Shown: in pieces, positions 52,200 to 64,000 of the stretch
How the letters are laid out: each line of letters starts with the position of its first letter
How positions within the stretch are numbered: position 1 is the first letter of the stretch
NCBI RefSeq assembly: GCF_006345805.1
Contig: NC_042998.1
Coordinates: 43,214,001-43,278,000 of the forward strand
Origin: Octopus sinensis
Taxonomy: Eukaryota
Direction: 5' to 3'
DNA length: 64,000 bases
Program-made: the position numbers and the translations under genes
Notes under the pieces: generated by a model
What the model was told of the DNA's origin: nothing
The model's database searches: none
Seen by the model: only the letters and a program-made list of their open reading frames with translations

Positions 52200-52500
52200 A
52201 TTTTTTGCGTAATAAGATAAAAAACTAAGGCTGTATAAATATTAGAGCATTTATAGATAGAAGGTCTTACAGCTGTTTCTAGGATATTAATTAATAATAT
52301 CCCTTCATGGGTGACGGTGTGAGAGGAAAAATTAAGTCATAGTTAGTTTCGATGTGATACAAATAGAGAGTGAGGTGGAGGAATGAAAATAGATGTAAGA
52401 TATGTATGGGTATTACCGAATATGGAACTTAACTATGGTCTGTCTATAGCACTTATTCAGCATTACCTAACACCTTTGGGTCTCAATTACACCATTGTCT
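52200..52500 (-). mobile_element. PLE-type terminal-repeat fragment with degenerate hammerhead (52264-52315)
   Basis: Reverse homologue of about 57000-57255; CCCATGA-A-GGGATATT...AATATCCT-AGAAAC-AGCT-GT-A-AGAC. Confidence 0.7.
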
Positions 52501-52501
52501 C

Positions 52502-52559
<58 letters not shown>

Positions 52560-52945
52560 GCGTGGCTGTGTGCTAAGAAGCTTAGTTTCCGACCTTATAG
52601 TTCAGTCCTACTGTGTGGCACCTAGGATAAGTGTCTACTACAGCTTTGTCAGTAGATTTGGTAGATGGAAACTGTAAGAAGCCTATCCTGCATATATTGT
52701 ATACGTGTGTACGTGTGTGTGTGTGTGTGTGTGTATGCCTTTGTGACTTTGTCCCCTACCACCGCTTGACAACAGGTGTTGGTGTGTTTATGTCCCCGCA
52801 AACTAGCGGTTCGGCAAAATAGATCAATAGAATAAGTACTAGGCTTAAAAAAGTCCTGGTGGGGTCAATTCATTCGACTGAAACATTCAAGGCTGTGCCA
52901 TAGCATGGCCGCAGTCAAATGACTGGAACAAATTAAAGATAAGAG
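52560..52945 (+). mobile_element. Family C SINE, diverged
   Basis: GTGGCTGTGTGC head, CGGTTCGGCAAAA, GGCCGCAGTCAAATGACTG tail. Confidence 0.8.
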
Positions 52946-53004
52946 ATAGAAGATATATACAACACATACATACACACGTATAGTTGTATAGGTAAACAAC
53001 AGGA

Positions 53005-53270
53005 TTAACTGGCACCCTGTCGGTTACAACGACGAGTCTTCCCGTTGATCCAATCAACGGAACAGCCTGCTGATGAAATTAGCATGCATGTGGCTGAGCG
53101 CGTAACCCTTAATGTAGTTCTCAGGGAGATACAGCGTGACACAGAATGTGATTAGGCTGACCCTGTGAAGTAAGGTGCCTTTCTCAAGGAAACGTTGCGC
53201 CGCCAGGTAGTGAACTCACGACCTTACGATCACGAGCCGAATGCCTTAACCACTAAGCCACGTGCCTCAC
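53005..53270 (-). mobile_element. SINE with tail 3 and deleted body
   Basis: Reverse head GTGAGGCACGTGGCTTAGTGG and tail 3 GTCGGTTACAACGACGAG. Confidence 0.75.
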
Positions 53271-53339
53271 ACACACACATGTTTATATATATATATATTA
53301 TATATATATATATATTATATATATATATATAATTTAAAG

Positions 53340-53710
53340 AAGAGGAAAACATAATCACGGCAGGACAAGCTTAGTTAAATTAAATTGTTTAATGGTGAAG
53401 CGAAGTAAGCAAAGTGAAATAATAGTGTCTTACAGCTGTTTCTGGGATATTCCAAGCAAGTGTCTCTTCGGGTCATAGATATAACTCATTAAAATATAAT
53501 ATACATGTATACACATGCATATGGCAATTTTCTTTCTCCGTCTTCCTTTAAGATTTTTCTCTTTTTTTCTATATTTCTGACGAAGAGCTCCGCTCGAAAC
53601 GTGAAATCCTCCTTTTTTCTTTCCTTTCCTGAGTGTCCAATAACACTATACTTATTCCACGTCCTTGCGTTGTTGTGTTTCCTCTCTGTTCATGTTTGGA
53701 TTAACTATAT
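53340..53710. mobile_element. Two PLE-type terminal-repeat fragments with hammerhead motifs
   Basis: Minus GAAACAGCTGTAAGAC at about 53427-53443; plus ATTT-CTGACGA-A-GAGC(TCC)GCTC-GAAAC-GT-G-AAAT starting at about 53573 (position 17 is G, predicted inactive). Confidence 0.7.
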
Positions 53711-53899
53711 ATATATATATATATATTGTTGTATATGTATATATCGTTGTATTTTTTTTACCAATTATACATGCACTTTATATACCTTCTTCATTACTGT
53801 TCTTATTTTTACTAATGTCCACTGTCTGGAAATCTTTTGTCACACATCTGTCTAGATATGTAACTATACGCATTGTCGGGCAACTAAAACTCTTAACTT

Positions 53900-54170
53900 G
53901 AAAATTTATCTCGGTGTTTTAAACATTTTAAAATCTCTCGATCCATTCGTACATACTTTAACGCGGTAGTTTGCTGACTCGGAATTTTACAGAAAGCCTG
54001 CTATGAATTTCAGCCCCTGACACACCCTCCGACCAGAGAAATTGGATCATTGATCTCTGTTCTTCTTTGGTATCAGCGGAGCGGCCATGTCTATACTCTG
54101 CAACACAACAAAGTAAACTTGAGCGATCAAGGTCAAACCTAGGTTACAGAGCGTTGAAGGTATTGTAGTC
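53900..54170 (-). mobile_element. Mariner transposase 5' fragment
   Basis: TKEEQRSMIQFLWSEGVSGAEIHSRLS...SMYEWIERF. Confidence 0.85.
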
Positions 54171-54224
54171 AATATCTTTTTGACTTGCCCTTCTATATAA
54201 ACTCTCTCTCTCTCTCACACACAC

Positions 54225-54285
<61 letters not shown>

Positions 54286-54715
54286 GCCATGCAAACAGGA
54301 AAAATTAGCACTCAAAATATGAGTATATGTATATTTTTATTCATATTTAGCTGAGGCGATAGAGTGACTCAATGTCCTAAAGTTTCGTGAGTTGGCACTT
54401 ATCAAACTAGTATGTATATGATAATGCTATTGAAACAATTGTTGGATTCTTAAGGTGTAATCTAAGATAAAGATATGATTTTCTTTTCGTACATATTATT
54501 GATTGTTTTATATATATAATATATATAATATATATTATATATATATATATATAATTATAATAAATATATATGCGCGCGGCGCGTGTGCGTGTGTGCCTGC
54601 GCGTGGGTGTATAAAGTTGTCCACCTTCAGATTTCACCCTGTGCTATCCAATAGTCGTATAATACGTATTTCCAGGTTTGCGTTTGGGCTTCTGTCTTGT
54701 GTGAATAGATAATTA

Positions 54716-55010
54716 AAAAACTTTATAGAGTCAACATTTGTTTGGACATTTATTTTTAATCACAACCGTACTCCTTTTTGTTAACTCCAAATTTTTCAAT
54801 TATCAATACATATATATATATACATAAATATATTTATCTATATATATGTAAATATATCAATACACATATATAAAACTTTATAGAGTCAACATTTGTTTGG
54901 ACATTTATTTTTAATCACAACGTACTCTTTTTGTTAACTCCAAATTTTTCAATTATCAATACATATATATACATAAATATATTTATCTATATATATGTAA
55001 ATAATTCAAT
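54716..55010. repeat. About 150-bp tandem duplication
   Basis: AAAACTTTATAGAGTCAACATTTGTTTGGAC... occurs twice; the copies differ mainly by homopolymer indels. Confidence 0.9.
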
Positions 55011-55014
55011 ACAC

Positions 55015-55089
<75 letters not shown>

Positions 55090-55370
55090 AGATATGTTTC
55101 GACCAAAGACTGGTCCAGACCATGTCGAGCTAAATAGCACCACCTGATAGGATAATCTAAATCCTTTTTAAGTCAAGTTTTATGGTATTATGGTCCATTC
55201 AAATAGTGAGTTCTTGTGAGTGAGTTGTATTCAGGTATGGGGTCGATATAATCGACTTAATCCGTTGTCTGTCCTTGTTTGTCCTCTCTGTGTTTAGCCC
55301 CTTGTGGGTAGTAAAGAAATAGGTATGGGTGGCTTATCTGGTATTCCTTGAAAAAGTTTTCCAGAGTGCC

Positions 55371-55650
55371 AGTTTAGAAGTTACTGAATTTTCCAAGAAA
55401 ATTCAGTAACTTCTAAACTTGAGTGAGACACCATGTTCTTTGTATATCTCCTTAACTTCTTGGAGATTTTAGGTATACTAATGTGTCCATCTGTTCTAAT
55501 CTAATTAAATTCTATGTCTTTGTGCAGCTGAAGATTGCTTTGCATTTTAAATTGATGCAATGAGTGCATTATTCAATTAAATGGAGTTACATGAAACGAT
55601 CGTACAACATTACCTCTGGATATCCTTGTTGCATATTTTGATATATATGT
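55371..55650 (+). mobile_element. Hammerhead-bearing repeat fragment with a 22-bp 5' fold-back
   Basis: Hairpin 55371-55392 / 55398-55419; CTGAAGA at 55528, GAAACGATCGTA at 55593; homologous to 57345-57640. Confidence 0.78.
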
Positions 55651-55651
55651 T

Positions 55652-55687
<36 letters not shown>

Positions 55688-55769
55688 AATATATATTTAT
55701 ATATATATTTATATATTTATACACCCCCACACACATCTACATATATACATATTGATATATAATAATTAT

Positions 55770-56876
55770 GTTAGGGAATATTATTCCAAACTTACAGGGA
55801 AAAATTCAATTTAGTAATACTAAATCAAATGTCATAAAATATAATATATGTATATAAATTAGAAAAAAAACACCTTTTATCAATTCAACAATGAAATAAA
55901 TAAATCATACCACATGGAAAAAAATTAAATATAAGGTAAAAACATATACTAATGATTAAGTAATGTACAAAATAATAAATAAAAAGTATATAATTGGTAA
56001 AATAACTACACGTGTTTCGTGGCTATATTTAAAAAACTGATAACAGTAAAATCAATTCAATTTAAATATACCCACTCTTCAGGCCCAAGATAAAAACAGG
56101 TGAAATTTGATTTTATCTGAAATATTTCACCTTGTTTGAAGTGGAACTCTGTACCCTCCAAAAGGTGGGGGCACATACCACAGCTAGGTCACCCGCATTT
56201 TTTCACTTTTGGTTCCGTTGTTAATGCATATTGTATTGCGCTGGTTTTTATTTTTTCAATGATTTTCGTTGCATTTTGCTCCTGAAATTTTTGAGCCTAA
56301 AATTTTGTTCATTGTTTTGAGAATGGGTAGATTTTGGATGATGATCTTGAAGGCCTCATTGTTTCTAAGGTTGTGTGTGGAGATGTATGGGAGTATTTTT
56401 AAGTCTGGTGTAGTATTTCGGTTGACATGGCTTAATGTTCATATGTCTAATTGCTTTGCTCATTTAATCCCATCATTTATTAATGATGTTGGATAATGTC
56501 ACTTGATTAATATTGATCTGAGTTCAAGGAGTCTTCGTTCATGAGTATTGGTGTCCGAAAAAATGGTACAGATTCTTTTCGCTAGATTATAAGGTACATC
56601 AATTTTTATGTGTGGCATGAGTTGAATAATAAGTATTGTTTTGAATCTGTGGGTTTATAGAAAATGTCTGTTTCGATGTGGTTATTGATTATTTTAATTA
56701 GGATATCAAGAAATGGAAGTTTTTTATTGCTCTATTCCATGGTGAATTGTATGTTGCTATTGATATTGTTGAGCATTATTTTGCGATCGAGGAGTTTGTC
56801 CATGCTATCTTTCCAAAGTATAAAGCAATTATCTAAATACCTCTTCCAGTTCTTTATACTTTGGAAAGATAGCATG
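55770..56876 (-). mobile_element. Penelope-like retroelement: RT C-half and linker fused to a terminal repeat
   Basis: WKRYLDNCFILW, NIQFTME, LPFLDILI, TDIFYKPTDSKQYLLFNSCH, PYNLAKRICTI, C-x-x-C linker; no GIY-YIG motif seen. Confidence 0.9.
56004..56085 (-). ncRNA. Type-I hammerhead motif with intact core, downstream of the PLE ORF
   Basis: CTGAAGA, stem II GTGGGTATATTTA/TAAATATAGCCAC (12 of 13 paired), GAA, palindromic stem III ACACGTGT, GUA site; weak stem I GGC/GTT. Confidence 0.78.
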
Positions 56877-56879
56877 TCA

Positions 56880-57255
56880 CTTTAAATAAAACCCTCAATT
56901 GAATAGCACTTTGTACAAACTCTATACTTGGAATGCTCAACTTTAAATACTATTGGAATTTACAATGACCAATTTTAAATACTATTGGAATTTACTCACA
57001 AGGTATTGGAATCTTATATGTATACCATTCTACCTAAATAATGGATCTACAGATGCAATATCCCTGCATATCTCACATCTATTTTTATTCTTCCACTTCA
57101 CTCTCTATTTCGTATCTTATCTAAATTAACTATTGCTTATCCATTTTCTCACACCGTCTCCGATGAAGAGATATAATATATATCCTGGAAACAGCTGTAA
57201 GACCTATTTAAATGTTCTAAATCTTCACAGCTTTGGTTTTTTTTATCTCATTCTG
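56880..57255 (+). mobile_element. PLE-type terminal-repeat fragment with hammerhead motif (57156-57203)
   Basis: GTCT-CCGATGA-A...GAAAC-AGCT-GT-A-AGAC; palindromic stem III ACAGCTGT; core U4 to C. Confidence 0.72.
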
Positions 57256-57283
57256 AAAAACATTTATATATATATATTATATA

Positions 57284-57315
<32 letters not shown>

Positions 57316-57344
57316 TATAGATTATATATATATATATGCTCTAG

Positions 57345-57640
57345 TATACCTGATACCTTAGTAGCTTCTAAGCTGAAGTGAAGACAGCATGTTCTTTGTC
57401 TGTCTCCTTACCTTCTTGGAGGTTTTAGGTAAAATTATATGAATGTGTCCATCTGTTTTAATTTAATTTAATTCTATGTCTTTATGCAGCTGACAATTGC
57501 TCTGCATTTAAATTGATGTAACGATTGCATTGTCCAATTAAATGAAGTTACTTGAAACGATCGTACTGCATAACCTCTGGGTATCCTTGTTGCTTATTTT
57601 GATTTTAATCACCTTATTTTGAAATTGTATGCATAATACC
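57345..57640 (+). mobile_element. Hammerhead-bearing repeat fragment (motif 57482-57573)
   Basis: 8-bp stem I TTATGCAG/CTGCATAA, core CTGACAA, long stem II, GAAACGATCGTA. Confidence 0.75.
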
Positions 57641-57844
57641 ATACTAAATTCTGGTGCCTCATCTTAAGTACCTAATTCATCTGAATCTATATATTTATAT
57701 GTATATATATATCTTTATATTTATATGTATATATATTTATATATATTATATATATATATTTATATGTATATGTACTTATATATATGTTTATATATATATA
57801 GTTATATATTTATATGTATATATATATTTGTATATATATATATT

Positions 57845-57966
57845 GGCCTGCTCGCTTAGCTAGCGGGGTGGCGTCATTTGAAGGCTAAAAACAATGCGAA
57901 GCGCATTGTGACCAGCGATGGGTAGCAACATCTGATACCCTGGTCGGTCACGGTGATCACGGTGAT
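57845..57966 (+). mobile_element. 5'-truncated SINE tail 1
   Basis: GGCCTGCTCGCTTAG...GGTCACGGTGATCACGGTGAT. Confidence 0.85.
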
Positions 57967-58429
57967 ATATATATATATGTATATATATATACATATATAT
58001 CTATGTATATATATTTACACCCACCCACACCCATGCATATATATACACACACAGAAATATAAATATAGGGTCCGTCGTTCTATCCTCTTAAATACCTCAC
58101 CTTGACAAAATGTCTATTCTTTTGTTCGACTCATACCAATTCCTTGTAAATGAAGCAGAAGTGACGGTAATCTCTCGAAGCTTTTCATAAGGATTCGGAA
58201 TGTCATTTAGAATTACAATCTGGTCACGCTTAGCAGTGACGCTCATTCTGTTGGTGGATCACTTGTACATAATAATCAAGTTTACAATGTTATATGATAT
58301 TATGCTTGGTTTTATTTTACAGGGCGTCTTTCGTAGCTTTGTAATTAATCCCTCTGACAAATGTAGTTAAGTTTCACACTTGAGCTTTTCATATCACCGA
58401 TAACTCATTTGAACTGTTTGATGTAGTCG

Positions 58430-58770
58430 ACTTGCCTTTTCCTCAAAATTACCAGCAACATAGTTCTGTGTTCAGACCCATTGCGTGGCACCTAGGGCAA
58501 ATATCTTCTGCTATAGCTTCGGGCCGACCAAAGCCTTATGAGTGGATTTGGTGTGCGGAAACTGAAAGAAGCCCGTCGTATATATATATATTATATATAT
58601 AGGTATATGTTTGTGTCTCTGTGTTTGTCCCCCAACCTCCGCTTGACAACCGATAGAATAAGTACAAGGCTTATAAAGAATAAGTTCTGGGTCGATTTAT
58701 TCGACTAAAGGCGGCCCTCAAGCAAATGACTGAAAAAAATAAAAGAATAAAAGAGTAAAAGAGAATATAT
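58430..58770 (+). mobile_element. Family C SINE with deletions
   Basis: GGGCCGACCAAAGCCTT...GAAGCCCGTCG, GATAGAATAAGTAC. Confidence 0.8.
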
Positions 58771-58996
58771 ATGTGTGTGTGTGTGTGCGTGCGTGTATAC
58801 ACACACAGAAACGCACGCACACATACACACACACACATATATACATGGCCGCAATTAAGGCTGTGTAGATAAGAGACTTACTTTGCAACCTCAGCGAAGT
58901 GTCTACTACTGTATCCCAGATCCAGCCAAAGCCATGTGAGTGTATTTTTTAAACGGAAACCGTGTGGAAGCCCGTTATATATATATATATATGTGT

Positions 58997-59043
<47 letters not shown>

Positions 59044-59314
59044 TCCACAGATGAGATCCAGAGATTCTGCGTATAGAGAACATTAAATAGTACACAAAAG
59101 ATGTCATTATAGCGGGGTGGGGGTCGATTCCACTAAGTAAAGAAAAACTATAAGGAGAATGCATTTGGGCGGGTACAGAGGGAATTATGCAGATAAGCAG
59201 ATTAGATACGTTAAATATACTAAATATAATAGTTTGGGTCTCGTACCTAAACAGTTATATTTAATATATTTGATTATCTAATTTGTTTATCCGCATAATT
59301 GCTTCTCCTCACTC

Positions 59315-59382
<68 letters not shown>

Positions 59383-59483
59383 CTCTCTCTTTCTTTCTCT
59401 CTGTACAGAATATGAGCAGTAGTGTGTGCAATCGGGCGAACGAAGCAGCACAGAAAATTATGCCCTGTTGCATATGCAACTGC

Positions 59484-59883
59484 TCATTCTTTTCTACTCT
59501 AGACACAAGGCCCGACATTTTTGGGGAGGGAGACAGTCGATTAGATCGAAACTGGTATTTATTTAACCGATCCCGAAAGGGTGAAAGGCAAAGTCGACCT
59601 CGACGGAATTTGAACTCAGAACGTAACGGCAGATGAAATACCTATTTCTATTTCTTTACTACCCACAAGGGGCTAAACACAGAGGGGACAAACAAGGACA
59701 GACAAACGAATTAAGTCGATTATATGGACCCCAGTGCGTAACTGGTACTTATTTAATCGAACCCGAAAGGATGAAAGGCAAAGTCGACCTCGGCGGAATT
59801 TGAACTCAGAACGTAACGGCAGAGGAAATATCGCTAAGCATTTCGCCCGGCGTGCTAACGTTTCTGCCAGCTCGCCGCTTTCC
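59484..59883 (-). mobile_element. Family M SINE heterodimer within one 9-bp TSD
   Basis: TGCAACTGC at 59475-59483 and 59884-59892; long-tail unit joined to a truncated short-tail unit. Confidence 0.85.
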
Positions 59884-60203
59884 TGCAACTGCACATACTG
59901 GTTGAATAATAAGAATACGCTGTATGACATTGTATAAAAGGAAATAAATTTTGAGGACGTACCAGTTTCCATATTCATTATCTTTATAACTATTGTAAAT
60001 ATACACTCCAAATAATATTACCATCCAGTGAAGCGAACATAGAATTACCCATTAGAGGAATTTACAGCATGAATGACAACTCCTAGTAGTCATAGACGAT
60101 AAATACTTATCGACGCGGATAGACGTAACCTGGAACATAGCTGAGAGCTACCACGGTATCCGCCCGGATGATAATAATAATGATAATAGTAATGATAATA
60201 ATG

Positions 60204-60250
<47 letters not shown>

Positions 60251-61004
60251 TAGCAAAACACGTGATTATTTGACGGAATTAATGGTAAACATATTGGGTT
60301 AGTTTTGAAAACTTTATTCAAAAAACTTGAAAGCGTAACCTGTATTCTGTTTGTATCAAAAGGTAGTCGCTCAACTTCTAACCATTGAAGGAACATATGT
60401 GTGTGTGTGTGTGCGTGTATTTGTGTGTGTGTGTGTTGTGTGTGTGTGTGTGTGCGTGTATTTGTGTGTGTGTGTGTGTTGTGTGTGTGTGTGTGTGTGT
60501 GTGTGTATAATCAGAACATGCATAACAGTTACATGTGCTAACATGTCTAACACATATTTGCGTTTTATATTTGCTTACACGCATACTTAGTGTTGCAATA
60601 TTTATTCTTCGTATATTTCTAAACACACACACACATACATACATACATACATACATACATACATACATACATACATACATACATACATACATTATACATA
60701 CATACATACATGCATGCATACATGCATGCATAAAGCTAAAGATAAGAGAAAACGGAAACTCTTCTGCTGAGCTCTTAAGAAATTGAAAGTTACTTTACCC
60801 ATATCGCAAGTTCAGGTTTATACCTGTAATTACTGGAACACTGGGATATGTAACAAACTGCCCAAGCACCAGTTCTGAGAAATTAGCTTCTCAAAACCAG
60901 AAAAATGAAAGCTTATTCAAAGACTGCAGGTTCAAGCTGAGCAATCATCGGAACAGTAAAAATTTGTAAAACTTTCCAGAACTTTACCATTTAAGTATAT
61001 ATAT

Positions 61005-61232
61005 TTCTTTACTACCCACAAGGGGCTAAACACAGAAGGGACAAACAAGGACAGACAAACGGATTAAGTCGATTACATCGATCCCAGTGCGTAACTGGTA
61101 CTTAATTTATCGACCCCGAAAGGATGAAAGACAAAGTCGACCTCGACGGAATTTGAGATCAGAACGTAACGGCAGACGAAATACGGCTACGCATTTTGCC
61201 CGGCGTGCTAACGTTTCTGCCAGCTCGCCGCC
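61005..61232 (-). mobile_element. Family M SINE
   Basis: Full reverse copy with the long tail. Confidence 0.9.
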
Positions 61233-61505
61233 ATTTAAGTATATAGGTGCATGCCTAGACATGCAACTATATGCGTGAGAATATATACATAAAAAATGTT
61301 ATATATCTGCACATGCACTCACTCCCAATACTGCGTTCATCCACACGTACATGCACAAATACCCCGCTGATGTTGGAGAAATTCTAATGAAGGAGCCTTG
61401 GATCTAGTTAGAAAGCGGCTCTTGAAATAAAATTGAATAATCACACACACACACACACACTCACATACATACACATACACTTGTACACACATGTATGTAT
61501 GTATG

Positions 61506-61536
<31 letters not shown>

Positions 61537-61552
61537 TATGTATATTTATATA

Positions 61553-62839
61553 TTGGGTTGTCCGGAAAGTTCGTGCCGATTTTTAAAGGAAAGAAAATGG
61601 TCAATAAATACTTGCCATTACATTTTTAATCAACCAAATACGAACCATTTTGTTACACAATGCCTCCCCAACTTTCTTTTAACTTGAAAATACCCTCTTC
61701 CCAGAATTGAGGTGGTTTCATGGCAAATAATTCATCAAGGTATCTTTTTATGTCATCCAAGGAATTGAAATTTTTACCATTAAGACTATTCTGCAGAGAC
61801 CTGAATAAGTGGAAATCCGAAGGAGCAATATCTAGTGAATATGGGGGGTGGGATAACACATCCCAGACGAGCTGCAGCAATTTTTGTCTGGTTCTCAAAG
61901 AAACGTGCGGTCTTGCATTATCATGTTGGAAAACAACACCCTTCCTGTTGGCCAATTCTGGTCGTTTCTCTTGAATTGCTGCTTTTAATTCGTCCAGTGG
62001 TGTCCAGTATTTCTCAGAATTAATTGTCTGGTTACTTGGTAGCAGCTCATAGTACAAAATTCCTTTCCAATCCCACCAGACACAAAGCAAGACTTTTTTT
62101 AGGGTGAAGACCCGCTTTTGGGGTGGCTAAGGGTGTCTCATGTCGCCTACTCCAGGATCGCCTTCTCTGAACATTTTGGTAGATAATCCATTTCTCATCA
62201 CCTGTCACAATTTGTTTAAAAAAAGGCGCGTTTTCATTCCGTTTATAAAGCGAATCACAGATGGAAATGCCATCCAAAAGGTTCTTCTCACTCAACTCAT
62301 GTGGTACCCAAACATCGTAGCGATTTGTGCACCCAAACTTTACCAGGTGCTCATGAACGACGGATTTTGATAGGTTGAGGCTTTCTGCCAATTCTCGAGT
62401 TGTGCAATGTGGGCTATTCTCAGTTAATGACTTGATTTGGTCATCATCTGTAGTAGATGGTCTGCCTGATCGCTCTTTATCAATAAGGCTACAATCTCCA
62501 GCTCGGAACCTTGCGAACCACTTCCGTACAATTCTTTCGGATAAAGAAACATCACCGTAAACTGCGCATATTTCTTTGGTTGCTTGTGAGGCATTTTCCG
62601 CTTTACGAAAAGAAAAAAAAAAGAAAAGTCGTCGAAATGAACTTTCTTATCTTCCATTTTAAAGGGTTACAGAATTGACACAGGTTATAGGAACATAAAC
62701 CTTCTTCCACGAAAAGATAGCTTAAACTGTGCTCTAAATGGAGGTGTAGTCAAATCCTATTTTATGGACTCAACCATGTTCTAAAATAAGTCGAAAGGTA
62801 AACTACTATAAATCGGCACGAACTTTCCGGACAGCCCAA
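61553..62839 (-). mobile_element. Full-length mariner element (1287 bp)
   Basis: TIRs TTGGGTTGTCCGGAAAGTTCGTGCCGATTT / AAATCGGCACGAACTTTCCGGACAGCCCAA (1 mismatch), flanked by TA on both sides. Confidence 0.96.
61653..62657 (-). pseudogene. Mariner DD34D transposase, frameshifted
   Basis: Split over three ORFs; WVPHEL, IVTGDEKW, FQHDNARPH and YSLDIAPSDFHLF, with 34 residues between the second and third Asp. Confidence 0.93.
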
Positions 62840-63225
62840 TATAACGATGGTGGAACGATTATGAATATCACTTCGCAACTACATGACCTGAGTTCGTTCT
62901 CACTGCATGGTATATTGTACAATTTCTTTCAACACTGCCCAGATGCAAATTAAACCCTCACGAGAGGCTCAGGTGTTTGAGTATAGCAGGTAGAGAACCA
63001 GTTGGTTCTGGGGGAGAGACACTATTATCGCAGCGATTGAAAAGACAGAGAGAGAAAGTAGCACTCACCTGGGCGACAGGTTAGAGAATGACTTTCAGCG
63101 ATTTACTGACGATCAGTCGAGTGGCAACCCTCTTCATTTGGGTCGGGTTGTGTGTATGCACAGAATAATAGGATATATATATATATCGGCTGGGGTTTCC
63201 CACGTTCGCTCTATATTTGTATTTG

Positions 63226-63358
<133 letters not shown>

Positions 63359-63496
63359 GTGTGTGTGTGTGTGTGTGTGGGGTTGTGTTTGTCTGTCTGT
63401 CTGTATGTATGTATGTCCATATCAATCAGTCAATCTCTCTCTCTCTCTCTCTGTATATATATATATTATATATATATATTATATATATATATATAA

Positions 63497-63905
63497 AGGC
63501 GCAGGAGTGGCTGTGTGGTAAGTAGCTTGCTTACCAACCACAAGGTTCCGGGTTCAGTCCCACTGCGTGGCATCTTGGGCAAGTGTCTTCTGCTATAGCC
63601 TCGGGCCGACCAAAGCCTTGTGAGTGGATTTGGTAGACGGAAACTGAAAGAAGCCTGTCGTATATATGTATATATATATGTATGTGTGTGTATGTTTGTG
63701 TGTCTGTGTTTGTCCCCCTAGCATTGCTTGACAACCGATGCTGATGTGTTTACGTCCCCGTCACTTAGCGGTTCGGCAAAAGAGACCGATAGAATAAGTA
63801 CTGGGCTTACAAAGAATAAGTCCTGGGGTCGATTTGCCCGACTAAAGGCGGTGCTCCAGCATGGCCGCCGTCAAATGACTGAAACAAGTAAAAGAGTAAA
63901 AGAGT
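63497..63905 (+). mobile_element. Family C SINE, near consensus
   Basis: GGCGCAGGAGTGGCTGTGTGGTAAGTAGC...GAAACAAGTAAAAGAGTAAAAGAGTA. Confidence 0.92.
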
Positions 63906-64000
63906 ATATATATATATATATCAATACGGATATACCAGATATAGAAAAACAATAATACACATATACACCTACCGAGGCATACATAGCTGCACACACAATA

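Noticed and set aside
55085-55125. Minus-strand GACCA-GTCTT-TGGTC-GAAACATATCTA, a hammerhead 3' half
   Set aside because: The 5' core strand is absent, so it was not counted among the motifs.

Overview
AT-rich eukaryotic, apparently non-coding DNA. I recognise the repeat content as octopus (cephalopod); this is inferred from the repeat families and not verified by a search. No host protein-coding gene, rRNA, true tRNA gene or CRISPR array can be supported. Nearly all long ORFs in the track are microsatellite translations or transposon fragments. The window is a mosaic of about 30 tRNA-derived SINE copies from three or four modular families, mariner elements (one full-length 1287-bp DD34D copy), MITEs, decayed LINEs (CR1-type, L2/Crack-type, R4/Dong, HERO/R2-type, possibly RTE), Penelope-like element (PLE) fragments, and very long (TA)n and (TACA)n tracts. 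Four patterns stand out. (1) About 14 type-I hammerhead-ribozyme-like motifs from at least 6 sequence families. (2) A tRNA-headed, hammerhead-tailed short element that is a head-to-head inverted dimer at both of its loci. (3) At least 10 fold-back hairpins, several at the 5' ends of PLE-derived pieces. (4) SINE dimers enclosed by a single target-site duplication. All coordinates and identities were read by eye.
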